This document shows, one piece after another, positions 1 through 16,616 of a stretch of 64,000 bases of DNA (within the stretch, counting starts at the first letter, position 1; each line of letters starts with the position of its first letter). The DNA is from Flaccisagitta enflata (Eukaryota), in assembly GCA_965153355.1 (NCBI GenBank), contig OZ231126.1, positions 41,912,001 through 41,976,000 of the forward strand, given 5' to 3'. The position numbers and the translations under genes were made by a program. The notes under the pieces were generated by a model, which made no database searches, had not been told where the DNA came from, and saw nothing but the letters and a program-made list of their open reading frames with translations.

Positions 1-125
1 GGGCGATAAGAAAAGATCCACCAGGAAAGATGTTATCATGAGTGTAAGGTTAATGTTAAATGTCACGTACAAACTCGAGGACGCGGGAATATGGAAAAAG
101 ACACTAATGAAAAAAAAGAAAGAAA

Positions 126-740
126 ACTAGTCATCCAAGGATCGCACATGGTCAGCGGTACCCGATGCCCTGCTTGGAGTGATTGGCTAAAGAAGCTGAG
201 TGGGAGCAGGGCAGCGGCCCCAAAGGGCCGATGTCCTGTAGGACACAGGGGTGAATTTCCAGACGTCCTGAGAAAGCACATTTAAGGACTGAGTTGATTG
301 ATTGCAGAACAGTAATGAGATAAGGGATGAGGGCAGATTTGAACCTGAGAGGGTCATTTTGAAAGCTGAATTTAGACAGATTTTAGGTTTGAGAGATCTG
401 ATTTCAGGCCTGAAATGGTTGATTTTGGGCCTGACAAGGCTGATCTAGTACCTTAGAGGGCTGATTTTGGGCTTGAGTGAGCTAATCTAGGATCTAGAAG
501 GGCTTATTTTGGGTCTGAGAGGGGTGATTTTGGGTCTGAGAGGGCTGACTTGGGGCCTGAGAGGGCTGACTTGGGGCCTGAGAGGGCCGATTTGGTGTCT
601 GAGAGGGCTGATTTGGGGCCTGAGAGGGGCCTTGGGTAGGGGGGGACGTACGGACGGACGGACGGACGGATGTACGGACGTCTGAAAATTCATCCCTGTG
701 TCCTACAGGACATCGGCCCTTTGGGGCCGCTGCCCAAAAA
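126..740. mobile_element. HINE-like element with an internal 21-bp minisatellite and (GACG)n tract; specific to the left arm
   Basis: Absent at the paired A/T-run site (~50935-50950). A related copy lies at ~28490-29155. Confidence 0.7.
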
Positions 741-1152
741 GGGATGGATACCAGAATAAATGATCACCTTGGGAAAGACGAAGGAAAAATGAGAGAAAAA
801 TAAATCTTGATGGGATGACTCTTTGGGGAATGGGGAAAACAGTAGAGTGGATGAGTGAAGTCATTGGTGATTGCATATGCGATGAAGTCAGTCAACGAAG
901 GAACTTCAAGGAAAGAATCAGTAACTGAATGATTGAATAACAAGAACAAAATTGAAAATGTGACGGGTCTTTTGTGAGAAAAGGTTTGTAAAGGGACAAA
1001 CATTTATTGCTTATTTACCTATACTCGTGAAAAGTATTGCTGAAGTTGTATACATTATATCAATCTGTTATCAATCTGTGTCTACTGTTTTTGCATAAGC
1101 ATATGTGTTACGGACCGATCGATCCTCTCTCAGGATTTTGACCTCGAGATAA

Positions 1153-1320
1153 AACAAGGCCGGATACACGGCAATCCAGTCGCGGACGGTTGGGCAGGAG
1201 CAGTAATGCAAAAACCGCTCGGAATTCAAAAATGTGACCTACCGACCGACTGACCGACTGACCTACCGACCTACCGACCGACACGGCAAGGTGTAGAGTC
1301 GCGTGTACGCGACTAAAAAA
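1153..1320 (-). mobile_element. Short HINE/DINE-1-like element; specific to the left arm
   Basis: AACAAGGCCGGATACACG...(CCGA)n...GTCGCGTGTACGCGACTAAAAA. The empty T-run site is at ~50515-50523 and shows no TSD. Confidence 0.75.
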
Positions 1321-1888
1321 GTCCATCCTCCTCGACCTCACTCGACGGTGAGAGCCATCAAACATCTTTCAGCCTCTCACGTCCACGAGCGTTAGTAGTA
1401 TATATCATGATTTCTAGTACAGCATAAAGAAATAATAGAAACAAAAAACAACTTGCGCTAGCGTTAGAGCCCGTCGAGGTGTGACCGGAATACAAATCGG
1501 TCTTTGAGGACCAAAGAAACGGAGAGACTGCTACTGTTAGCTGACAACAAATACATCAGAGGATTGGAAAGACAAAAGAAGCCTCAAGACTGATGACGGC
1601 AGAACGAAATTCGTGTACTGACTACTGAACTGTTCGTATACAATAGTCTACAGTCTACAGTATATCTAGTCTATACTCCACAGTAAGAAAGGGGCATGAA
1701 GTTATGAAACTTATAATTTTGTCTCACTAGGATGCATACACCATTCATAGGCACATTTGCATGTTGGGCATGCTTTCATGAAATCCTACGATTTGCATAA
1801 TAAAGTTGCATGCAACTCAATTAGCTCAAGGACCTAGTATCTCTATCAACGTTGAAATAGCTTCACACTTTTTTGTGCCTGTCTTTGA

Positions 1889-2042
<154 letters not shown>

Positions 2043-3390
2043 ATGTGCGTTACCGCGTGTCTGTTTGCTTGTCTGTGTGCGTCTCGAATGCACGTGTATG
2101 ATTACTCAGTGGCTTAACACTTTGTTCCTTGATCTTCCAGGCCGTAAAGACAGCCGGTTCGACAACAAAGGGGTCTCGCTTGCTTCGTTTTATTACGGCT
2201 GTTAGTTTCTCCCATATATAGGAATATATAACAGCCCGGGGGCTTTTGACGTTATGTGATCAGATTTATCATATCCCGTGGTGATGCGCACCCTTTGATG
2301 CAAAACCTTTTTGTACATCTTTTATTGTATTTAAGAGGGCAACGGTTCTAAATTTCTTGGCGATATGAGCCATTTGATGCAGAACCTTTTTTTGCATTTT
2401 CTATTGTGGTGTTGGTCCTAAATTTTCTCGGGGGGTGGGATCTCTTTTCATCAAATGGTGCAAGGATCAAGAAAACGTTGGAAGGATCTAAGCCCATCTA
2501 CCCAGTAGTACTCAATTTCCCCCAGGCTAATATTTAGGAATTAAATCAGGAAATGCAAATCACGTCTCAAGACTCTCGCGCGCAGGTGTAGATAATACGC
2601 TGCCACCCTACTCGCGTGCACGTGCGAGTGGGCAGGGGCCGTGATGGGAAAGACCACTGCGGCAATTTTGCATGGTCAATGCAATTGCAACGAGTGAAAG
2701 TTTGGGCCATCGGTAGCAACCGAAGGCCCAACACACAAATAAAGTGGGGAATACAGTTGCGTGCATACGACTAAGTAAAGTTCAGAGTGTCAGTTGACTG
2801 CCAAATATATTTCAACAGACAAAATGGAATCCACACCAAGAGCTTATAAAGAAAGAGGAATTTTCTCATCAGGATAGAAACAGAGGAAAAGAAATTTCGT
2901 CGTTCAACAAGGAAAAAAGATAGAATGGCCGTGGAAAATGCGATGACACATGCTGACATGCAGTTCAGAGTTGAAGGTCAAAGAGGAAGGGAAAGACTCT
3001 TACTGCTTCCCCTAGATTGACAATCTCATTTGCATACTGCGGTATTTTTCCGATGGCCAATGGAAGAAGCAAATATATTTAATCGAAATGGGAGAGAAGC
3101 GAAAAGATTGAATGAATGAATGAATGATTGAATGAATGAATGAATGAATGAATGAATGAATGAATGAATGAATGAATGAATGAATGAATGAATTAATGAA
3201 TGACTGAATAAATGAATGAATGAATGAATGAATGAATGAATGAATGAATGAATGAATGAATGAATGAATGAATGAATGAATGAGTAAGTGAATGAATAAG
3301 TGAATGAAAAAAGTAAAACAGAGAGGGAGAGAAACAGAAAGCAAGAAGGGCATTGAAAGACAGATTGAGTTATATTAGAAAGATATAAAA

Positions 3391-3439
<49 letters not shown>

Positions 3440-3899
3440 CCTTAATATGAACGAAAGCAGAAAAAATAGAAAGGCAAGCACAAAGAGACGATGATGAAGC
3501 CAGTTAGGAAGAGGGTGACTGCTTCACGTAGAGAAAAGGGTGAAGAGGAGCGAAAAAGTCAGGATTCAAGACTGCCTTATGCAAATGGATTTTGACGGGG
3601 TTAAAAAGAAAGAAGAGGGTGACAAAAAAGATCAAATGATGAGAGGGGGGAGAGTGATAGAGGGATAGAAATAGAGGGATTCAACTCTTCAGGTTACTAT
3701 GAAAAGGAAAGACAAAATGAAAACAGAAAATGAGTGATAAAGAGATGTATTCGTGCGTGAGAAAATCAGGGAGCTCTTGCGAGTGCTGGCGTTAGACATT
3801 CAAGGCTACGTGGAAAAGAATCGGGGTGACCAAAAAAGTGATAGGAATAAAGAAAATAAAGATAAAGATGGCAAGGAAACCAGGAAACAAGGTCAAACA

Positions 3900-4460
3900 C
3901 GTGCAGTGGAGATTAAGACGAAGGCAGACACATCGGCAGAGGCAGAGACAGAGGCAGAGACGGAGGCAGAGACTGAGGTAGAGGCAGAGGCAGAGACAGA
4001 GACGGAGGCAGAGACTGAGGCAGAGGCAGAGGCGGCTGCAATGGCAACAACAATGGTGACAGAATCTGGCACAGAGTCATAGTCACGAGCAGAGGCGACA
4101 GCAGAGACAAAGGCAAAGGCAAAAAGAAAGGTGACAGAAGAGACAGAATCGGGGACAGTGGTGGTGGAAGAGTCACAGACACGGGTGGAGGCACCAACAG
4201 AGACATTGGCAGAAACAGAGGCGAAGATATTAATTAGCAGAGGCGACAGCAGAGACAATTATAAAGGTTATGGCAGACACAGGGATATTGGCGGACAAGT
4301 AGCAGATGCAGAGGCGACAGCGAAGGTATAGGAAGAAGTGATAGAAGAGACATTGGCAAAAACAGAGACATCAGCATAGGCGACGGCAAAGGGTACAACA
4401 GAGACAGAAGAGGGGGGGGGGGCAGTGGCGGCGGCAAAGGCAGTGGCGGAGGCAAAGGCG
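3900..4460. repeat. Degenerate (GCAGAG/GACAGA)n hexamer low-complexity tract (partner ~44760-45330)
   Basis: Produces AEAETE/SASASV pseudo-ORFs that are broken by stops and differ in frame between the two arms. Confidence 0.7.
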
Positions 4461-4529
4461 GCATCCGACATTTTGGCATTCGGCCGCGCCTTCTAATGGA
4501 TCCTAGGCCGAATCACTCAAAGATCAAAT

Positions 4530-4581
<52 letters not shown>

Positions 4582-5927
4582 TCAATCACGTGACCTTACT
4601 ATGAGCGCCATCTTCATCTACGCGATTCTCGTCGGATGTTGGTTTAGGATAAATTGCTTACTCTTTTAGCACTTCCTTCACAGAGTCAGTGAGAAAGGAG
4701 GAGATTTGTTACCAAACAAAAACAGATATCCAGGGTGTTGGTTATCCTGCTGAAGGTACAATTGTATATTTCACCATGTTAAACCATTTATGCATACTGA
4801 CAGATCTTGGATGTGTGAAAGTTCTATCCGATTTGTGCAGTTATGAAGTCCGACATGGAATTTACACTGACTTCACATTATGAAGAATTCTTTCCTTTGA
4901 TACTTCTTTTATTTGCGTCTAAGGCTTCAGTTGTGGTGGAAAGAATGTAAGTATCTTCAACACTTTCAAAAAAAATCTTAGGTAATGGACCATTCGCAGG
5001 CATTCCGTCTTCTACAACCCCCCCTCCCCCTTTTGTTTACAGTGAACAACCTTATCACTTTTAGGGGCGGCATTTTTAACCCCCTCCACATTTACTCAGG
5101 CCTGCCGATTCTAGTAACGAGGCTGTGATGTAGAAGGGCAAACGTGCACTTTGGCAGGATCTGGATATGAGTGGTGAATACCAAGCAAAATTCTACGGGA
5201 CGGTTTTTAGAGGGGTCCTCGCATCTCTATAAGAGGGTCTGTACGTCGGTCATTCTGTTGGTCGGTCCATCCATTACGCCTCCTTGAAAATCACAATTTT
5301 GGCACTTTCCAGCCACGAGGATGTCATGTGTCGACAAAGAATCAAATGAGTCATTTGAGTCTTTGTCTTCATCTGTCTGTCCGTCCAAGTCTAGCGCCAA
5401 AATCAATACACGCAGAAACACAGCCAGGACGCATCGTTGCCTGATCGGGCTTGTTGAAGCGTAGGGGGGCATCAGCCGCTGTACATACTTCATATCCGCA
5501 CCATTTCGACACCTTTTTTGAAATACTTTATAGTCACTTTCCCCTCTAACAAAACGCAATTGTGTTCAAGAATTGAACATTGTCTCCATATATTTTTTCA
5601 TACATGCTTATTTGCATCGTTGACACGGGCTCTTCTTCGGTTAACACAATAATGAAATATTTGACGCTGAGCATGATTCTATTCTTGTTTAAAGAATGTT
5701 TTTGGCGTGTATGAAAAAAATACTGCAATATGCAAATTAACACTGTGGTGGAAAGCTAGTGCAGGCAAAATTGAAAATCATTTCATTCGCCTCTGCACTG
5801 TTCCTTCCTTCCTTCCCTCCTATCCCTTTTAACAGAAATCCGCACATAACAGATGCTTTTTCTTTGACTTTGTCCCTTCAGCCTTGTTTCTTTTACACAT
5901 ACGCACGCACGTACGCGCGCACGCACG

Positions 5928-6024
<97 letters not shown>

Positions 6025-6038
6025 CACGACACGCGTAC

Positions 6039-6276
6039 CTGAATGAACGCTTCTCCGTTGTATCTTTCTTTGATGGTCTCGATCTCGCCTATTTTGAGGA
6101 AGACGACTCTGCACTGAACGACGACGCATTGGTGGGCTTCGTGCTCCAACTTGCGCGGCCGAACCGCCGTCATCCCGGATGCCTTCGTCCGCGCCAACGA
6201 ACGCGCCAACGAAGTGTCGGAACCCCAAAAGTCGTTCGGACGATTCAGCAAATACGTCACCACTTCCGTGTTGTGA
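6039..6276 (-). CDS. Exon C (238 bp) of a pentameric ligand-gated ion channel subunit (Cys-less/Pro-loop type): linker plus beta1-beta2 of the extracellular domain
   Basis: Acceptor atctAG|T (phase 2) and donor CAG|GTACGC (phase 0). The peptide VVVQCRVVFLKIGEIETIKERYNGEAFIQ fits the pLGIC beta1-loop2-beta2 pattern. The exon is identical to 42807-43044 while the flanks diverge. Confidence 0.8.
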
Positions 6277-6373
6277 CTAGATGGAGAATATGGAGAAAGG
6301 AATTGCACAGGAGAAGAAGGGGGGGGGAGGAAATAGAAAGGGAAAGTGGAGGAAGGGAGATATAAAGTTAGTT

Positions 6374-6745
6374 AACAAGGCCAAGTTATGGCCAATAAGT
6401 GCGCCTCGCTTGATTAAGAATTTGTGAATGAACGTTTTTGATGAATGAATGAATGAATGAATGAATGAATGAATGAATGAATGAATGAATGAATGAATGA
6501 ATGAATGAATGAAAGAATGAATGAATGAATGAATGAATGAATGAATGAATGAATGAATGAATGATTGAATGAAAATGAATGTGGTAAGGCATGAAAGGTG
6601 ATAGGAATGAAGAAACACGCCAGAATCAGCCGTTTTGCACATTTCAAACGTTTGCGTGACCGACCAACCGACTGACCAGCCGACAAACCGACCGACCAAC
6701 CGACCGACGTGACATCTTATAGAAGTGCGAGGACGCACTTAAAAA
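6374..6745 (-). mobile_element. HINE-like element carrying a (TGAA)n tract, present in both arms (partner ~42331-42710)
   Basis: AACAAGG start, (CCGA)n tract and terminal hairpin AAGTGCG-AGGA-CGCACTT before an A-run. Confidence 0.6.
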
Positions 6746-7251
6746 GAAACAAGATCGAATCGGCCACACTTCTATCCTAGTCGCATGAAAATGGAAAAGG
6801 GCAGTTGTAACTTAGGCTGGGTAAGGGTTCCGGTAGGGGCAGAGTGATCGCGAATGCTGGGAAAGGCAATCTGTTGCCAACCAACCGACCGACCGACCGA
6901 TGGATATTTCATAAGTTACAGATCGTGTGAACTCGACTTAGAAGCAATGGAGTTCCGTAGGTGAATTTGGCATGGCTCTATATTGAGTTGGACAACATTA
7001 CTTCACAACAAAAAATCTAGAATAAGGACAAGAGCCTTGGGAGCTCTAACTGGTGTTTCATCCGGATCCCTCACAGCTATCCTTAGAATTACCAATAAAG
7101 GCGGCTAATCGCCGACCGGAAAAAAGTCGTAAATGGGAGTTTCTTTTTTTTCAGTGCATGATCCTCTGTGAGTGCATCTCATGCTGTCTGTGTGTTTTTT
7201 TTATTCAATCTACAGTTGACTTTTCTTTCTCTCAGTCTTCCTTTGTCTGTG

Positions 7252-7778
<527 letters not shown>

Positions 7779-9018
7779 GAGTAATATGCGCAAGCTAGCG
7801 TCATAAAACTTGAAGTCAATCTGACACTTTTCCTATGTTACATAGACCCCAAATATTGGGATCAATGAAAAAAATCGAGTTTCGCAAAAATGCGAAAAAA
7901 TAAAAAAAGATTAAAAAATTCATAACTCCTAAACTATTGATCGTAGAGACTTCTGGTTGGCGCCATTTGAAAGAGAAAAATAAGCTCTTTCTTAGCTGTG
8001 AATATCAAAAAATGTATACTCCCAGCCCAAAAATGGCTCAACTTGCTAAAATTGTCCCAAATCCGAAATGGAAAACTTTATTTCTCCCCTACGTTTCAAA
8101 AAGTCGAATTACGTAATTCGACTTTTTTCCAATAAAAATCCACGCACGCCTATCATATCGGTCGTTTCTCCTGCTGCCTTCCAGTGTTCAACTCTGACAG
8201 ACGCCCTCCATCAGTCACTTCTTCCTCTGTCTCAGTTTCTCATTCCGAAGCAAAAAGAAAAGTCTTCATTTCAATATGAAAAGAAGGAATTAACTTTTCA
8301 AATGCACAAAAGGGAGAGCATCTCAGTCAGGACCGAGTTTTGTGTGGACGAAAACAGATCCAAAAATGAAATGATAAACAGATGAAAATAAGGGTGACAG
8401 AAAAAAAAGCAATCAAGCGACCGAGCAAATGCAATATAGACTTAGACTCGAAAATTTTCCTAGGTCAGTCAGTAGCTCAATCTTTTGCATGGACCTGCTC
8501 AGCGCTTTCAATAATGCATGTTTCAAATTTCAAGGTTCTGGCTCAAATACTTTAGAAGTTATGAGCATTTGTTTGAACCATATCAAACTAAAAAAATTCC
8601 AGGAGAATCTTTAAACTTTCTTTTGAAATATGGCCGACACAAAAATTTTCTAAGTTTTTTTGAAAAAAGTGAAATTACAAGATTTTGGATCTAGGCGAAT
8701 CAAGCAATTTCCTATCAAATGAACCCCACTTTTTTTTTTGAAAAAAAAATCCTCATTAAGGGCTTTTTGGGGCCCCTAGGGGCCCCTAAGAAGTTCAAAA
8801 TTTTGGTCAATGAGATCAACAGAGTTATGTGCATATGCCAAGGTATCTTTCAGGAACAAATTCAAGCAGATTAGTTCAAGCTAGAGCTCATGCCGTTACT
8901 ACCTTCGGACCGGCCACATATAAAAGAGAAATATGAAAATTCACAAGGACTTAGATTTAGGATCTGTGGTCAATATCTATGCTGCAATATCAGTAAACTG
9001 TCTTGTAAGAAAGAAATA

Positions 9019-9096
<78 letters not shown>

Positions 9097-9131
9097 AAGA
9101 AAGAGTGAAAGAAAGAAATAAAGAAAGAAAA

Positions 9132-9293
<162 letters not shown>

Positions 9294-10060
9294 GAGAGAA
9301 AACGGAAACAAAAAAAAGTGATCATCAAAAAATCCATCTGGCGGAACGCGAACGATATCAATAAGGTTAAGAGAAAACGTTAAACATTCGTTGCGCAACA
9401 ATGAGGAAAAAAACATATGCTCCAAGTCTGAGGACTGCATTCATAAAACAATAACGGCTTTTGCACCACTGCCCCTGACCAGCCACACTCAAACAAGCAT
9501 TGACTACCTAGAAGTGGATTTGACCCCCCCCCCCCATCCTTCCCGTCATGCATCAAAGTCATACACAGCTAGCTATACGTGCGCGTTTGCGGCTTTGTTT
9601 TGTAAAACAATGTCATGAACCATTCGTTTTATTCGCATTTTCCACTTTTTTACATAATTCTGCCGGAATTGCGAAATAGAAAGTGCGCCAGACTACTAGT
9701 AGGCGAAAACTGAGTCATCGCCCAAACGTCACAAGAAGACCTTGAAAGCCATTTTCGCAATTAAGGGGAAAGATGACGGAAAATCCATTTTCATCGTGGT
9801 ATGATTGTCAGTATCGGAGAAAGAGGAGGAATATAGATTATGAACGAGTAAGGCCATCATGCATGAGTAGTAGCTTGTACCGAAATGACAATAAACAATA
9901 ATATCAGAATTCTACAAGTAGTTCTTGTTGTGGGGCTGTCTTGGGCTTCTAATGACATCAATTTCAGTTTGAAAATCTTGCATCTTGCTGTCCGCGCCTT
10001 ACCTTGAAATTTCCTTTAGCCTATAGGAAACAAAAAAATTCAAGTTACTAAACTCCCATT

Positions 10061-11950
10061 TTTAGTCGCGTGCACGCGACTCTACACCTTGCCGTGTCGG
10101 TCGGTAGGTCGGTACGTCGGTCACGTTTTTAAAATTATGACTTTTTATGGGTTTTTAAGGTGTTTTAAGGTACTCTAGGGTATTTCAGGGTACTTTAGGG
10201 TACTTTAGGGTACTTCAGGGTACTTTAGGGTATTTTAGTTATTCTAGGTACTTAAGGTATTTATCGGTACTTTTTGAGTATTTATGGGTATTTTTAGGTG
10301 TTTTTGGGTATTTTTGGGTATTTTTGGGTATCATTGGGTATTTTTGGGTATTTTGGGTATTTTGGGAATTTAGTTAACTTTTTAATGGACACTCGTTATT
10401 GGTTCAGAATGTAACTTTTTTTGGGACAGACGTTATATTGTATGAAGTTGTAGTATGAAGTCATGTAGTATGAAGTTGTAGTATGTAGGTAAGTATGTAA
10501 GTATGTAAGTATATAAGTATGTAAGTATGTAAGTATGTAAGTATGTAAGTATGTAAGTATGTGAGTATGTAGGTAAGTATGTAAGTATGTAAGTAAGTAT
10601 GAAGGTATGTAAGTATGTAAGTATGTAAGTATGTAAGTATGTAAGTATGTAAGTATGTAAGTATGTAAGTATGTAAGCATGTAAGTATGTGAGTATGTAA
10701 GTAAGTATGTAAGTAAGTATGTATGTAAGTATATAGGTAAGTATGCAAGTGTATAGGTAAGTATGTAAGTATGTGTGTAAGTATGTAAGTATGTGTGTAA
10801 GTATGTGAGTATGTACAGGGAGTACCACCCCAAACAGGACCAAAGAAAACGATGTATCTTTGCTTCTAGAAATGGTAGAATGATTCTGTAAACAGGTTCA
10901 GAAAGCTCTTAAAAAACGATTTTTATATTTGTATTTTGCCAAAGGCTCATTAAGAAAACTGAATCCCTTTGTATTATTTAGAGCAAAGTATAGTTTTTAC
11001 TTTGAGTTTTTGCTTGTTTTGTTGAGCATTGACAAGCATCCTTTTATCCCACTCTTATTTCCAAACAAATAGTGGTACAATCCTGGCAATGGTCTTGAAT
11101 TAAAGATATTGTGAGGTAAAATCATACCTGTGCAAAAAACGAGAAAATTGTACAGTATTGGTTGGGTCCAGAGACTTTTTTGTAATTTTCATCACAAAAA
11201 AATTTTATGTGCATTGATAAAGAAGTCAATAACTTTATTGAATGATACAATTTTGACAAAGGTCATGAGGGAATCCCAATCTTCAGTATCCTAGCTTAAC
11301 TGACAAACATTTCTGACAATTTTTTGTCATCTATATCTGTATATAGCGAGGAAAATCTAAGGAAAAACCTTGAATTGGGATAGAAATTAGCATATTTTGC
11401 CAAAAAAAAGCATTTTTTTATGGTTTTGTTGAGGGTATGTGTTAACCATGACTAGCAAAAGTTTGTATCATTCAAAAACCGTCTGAAGTTATCTTTTAGA
11501 AACAGTTTTCAGAAATGATTTTGCACTTCTAGAAGCAAAAATACATCGTTTTCTTTTGTCCTGTTTGATGTGATACACCCTGTATGTAAGTATGTAAGTG
11601 AGTAAGTACATAGGTATGTAAGTATGTAAGTAAGTATGTATGTGAGGATGTAAGTATGTAAGTATGTAAGTACGTAAGTATGTAAGTATGTGGGTAAGTA
11701 AGTATGTAAGTATGTAAGTATGTGAGTAAGTAAGTATGTAAGTATGTAAGTATGTAAGTAAGTAAGTATGTATGTAAGTATGTATGTAGGTAAGTGTGTA
11801 AGTATGTGAGTATGTAGGTAAGTATGTAGGTATGTAAGTATGTAAGTAAGTATGTAGGTATGTAAGTAAGTATGTAAGTATGTAAGTAAGTATATATGTA
11901 AGTATGTAAATATGTAAGTATGTAAGTATGTATGTATGTATGTATGTATG

Positions 11951-11981
<31 letters not shown>

Positions 11982-12372
11982 GTATGTAAGTATGTATGTA
12001 TGTATGTATGTATGTATGTATGTATGTATGTATGTATGTATGTATATACGTATGTATGTAAGTAAGTATGTGTAAGTATGTAAGTATGTAAGTAAGTAAG
12101 TAAGTATGTAAGTATGTATGTAAGTATGCAAGTATGTAGTATATATGTAAGTATGTAGTTAAATATGTAAGTATGTATGTATATAAGTATGTAAATATGT
12201 AAGTATGCAATTAGGTAAGTATGTAAGTATGTAAGTATGTAAGTATGTAGTATGTATGTAGTAAGCGTGTAGTTTGTTAAGTATGTAGTATGAAGTTATG
12301 TAGTTGTGTGTAGTATGAAGTTGTGTAGTTTTGTGTAACTTAGCACGCGACTGTTGGCCTGTTGGGCTTGTT
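10061..12372 (+). mobile_element. HINE/Helentron-like element with expanded internal minisatellites (10-bp GGGTA(C/T)TTT(A/T), 8-bp AAGTATGT)
   Basis: Starts TTTAGTCGCGTGCACGCGACTCTAC (palindrome) followed by (GTCG)n, ends ...GGCTTGTT. It sits in a T-run and splits the foldback arm exactly. Confidence 0.7.
10816..11582. mobile_element. Tc1/mariner-type MITE
   Basis: TA|CAGGG...CCCTG|TA with a ~55-bp imperfect TIR (AAGAAAACGATGTAT...TTTGCTTCTAGAA), inserted in the (AAGTATGT)n array. Confidence 0.75.
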
Positions 12373-13342
12373 GACTGCATATTTAAAATCTGCATGAAAA
12401 ACTGAAAATTTAAAGTGCTCTTCTTTTTTCAAAATTCCTTTGGGATCATAGGTAAGTTCGGCGATTTTACAAAGAAATAAAAGAGAAAGGTAAGTTTTGC
12501 AAATTTCAACGCTTATTTTGAGCATCTTCTAGTTGGAATATTGAAAAAAGGAAAGCACTTTCAATTAACAGTTTTTTCTGCAGATTTCAAATCTGCAGTC
12601 AAAACAGAGATTTAAGCACTTTGAAATTTTTGGTTTTCCATAGGCTGAAGGAAAATTCAAGGTAAGGCGCGGACAGCAAGATGCAATTTTTTCAGACCAA
12701 AAGTGATGTCATTGGAAGCCCAAGACAGCCCCACAATAAGAACTATTTGTGGAGTTCTGATTTTATTGTTTATTGTCATTTCAGTACAAGCTAGTGTCCA
12801 TGCATTGCATTGGACCGTGCGCCCGCTGCCGCAGATGCCCGTCCAACTGTCTAGACAGGTGATTTAAGGGGTTGTGGTGTCTATAAGAGGGCTAAGGAAA
12901 CTTTGTCTGTCCGTCGGTCCATCGTTCTGTCCATTGGTCCATTTGTCAATCAGTGAACACGGGTTGGAAAGTGGAAAGCCAAAGCTTCAGATGCTTGTGA
13001 GTACAGGGGATGGGGGATGGCCGCCCCTGCCCACCCGTCCGCAACGTTAATGTGTTATTTCTATTTTTTTTTTCATTTGTTCCCCCTCCCAAAAAAAACC
13101 GGATTCAGAAACGACGTGATTTCGGTTGGTGTAAAAATATATTCTAATAAAAGAAATGGCCTCTGCATTGACCTTCGCGTGACCACGTTTTTTGACCCAA
13201 CAACTCGCTTTTTGACCTTTTTTATCGACATTTGCGCTTTGACTCAACAGCTTTATCAAACTGTCAAAATGCAATGCGAATGTTGTTTTCTTTCTTTCTA
13301 TCTGTTTTCCTTTCTATTTTTCCGTCAGTCTGTCTTCCGCTC

Positions 13343-13383
<41 letters not shown>

Positions 13384-13419
13384 TTCTCTTTCTCTTTCTC
13401 TTTCTCTTTCTCTTTCTCT

Positions 13420-13478
<59 letters not shown>

Positions 13479-13502
13479 AATCTCACGGTCAGAGCAACCA
13501 AC

Positions 13503-16089
<2,587 letters not shown>

Positions 16090-16124
16090 CTATGGTGGAC
16101 GAGGGTATGTTGGAGGAGAGCGAG

Positions 16125-16274
<150 letters not shown>

Positions 16275-16533
16275 TAAATGTTGCGAACTGTAATTATGGT
16301 ATTTATGTAAATTTAGAACAGAGAGCAGAGAACGGATGTCTTTAAGTTTCGATTCAGTGAATTTCCTGGATTTTCTTCTTTTCTGTCCCTTTGTGTCTTA
16401 TATGGCTCACAATAGTCAATACCATTTATGTGAGGTGTATCAGCTTTTACGCACGCATGCACGCATGCACGCATGCAGGCATGCACGCATGCACGCACGC
16501 ACGCATGCACGCATGCACGCATGCACGCATGCA

Positions 16534-16616
<83 letters not shown>

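Larger units (their letters stand above)
9871..12793. mobile_element. Foldback MITE (~0.6 kb when reconstructed) interrupted by nested insertions
   Basis: Left arm 9871-10060 plus 12373-12440 is the inverse of 12534-12793 (TAGCTTGTAC...GTACAAGCTA; GCATCTTGCTGTCCGCGCCTTACCTTGAA / TTCAAGGTAAGGCGCGGACAGCAAGATGC). Confidence 0.8.

Noticed and set aside
340-630. Regular 21-bp repeats (also 28600-29060 and 46810-46940) as a possible CRISPR-like array
   Set aside because: They are contiguous tandem units without unique spacers, lie inside HINE-like elements, and no cas genes are present in this eukaryotic context.
3753-4479. E/A/T-rich ORFs (AEAETE)
   Set aside because: They come from a hexamer low-complexity tract; stops and frames are not conserved in the duplicate at 44745-45397, unlike exon C.
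6240-6276. HNTEVVTYLL resembles the end of an ankyrin repeat
   Set aside because: No upstream ankyrin motif (TPLH) is found; the in-frame junction with exon B gives an amphipathic helix instead.
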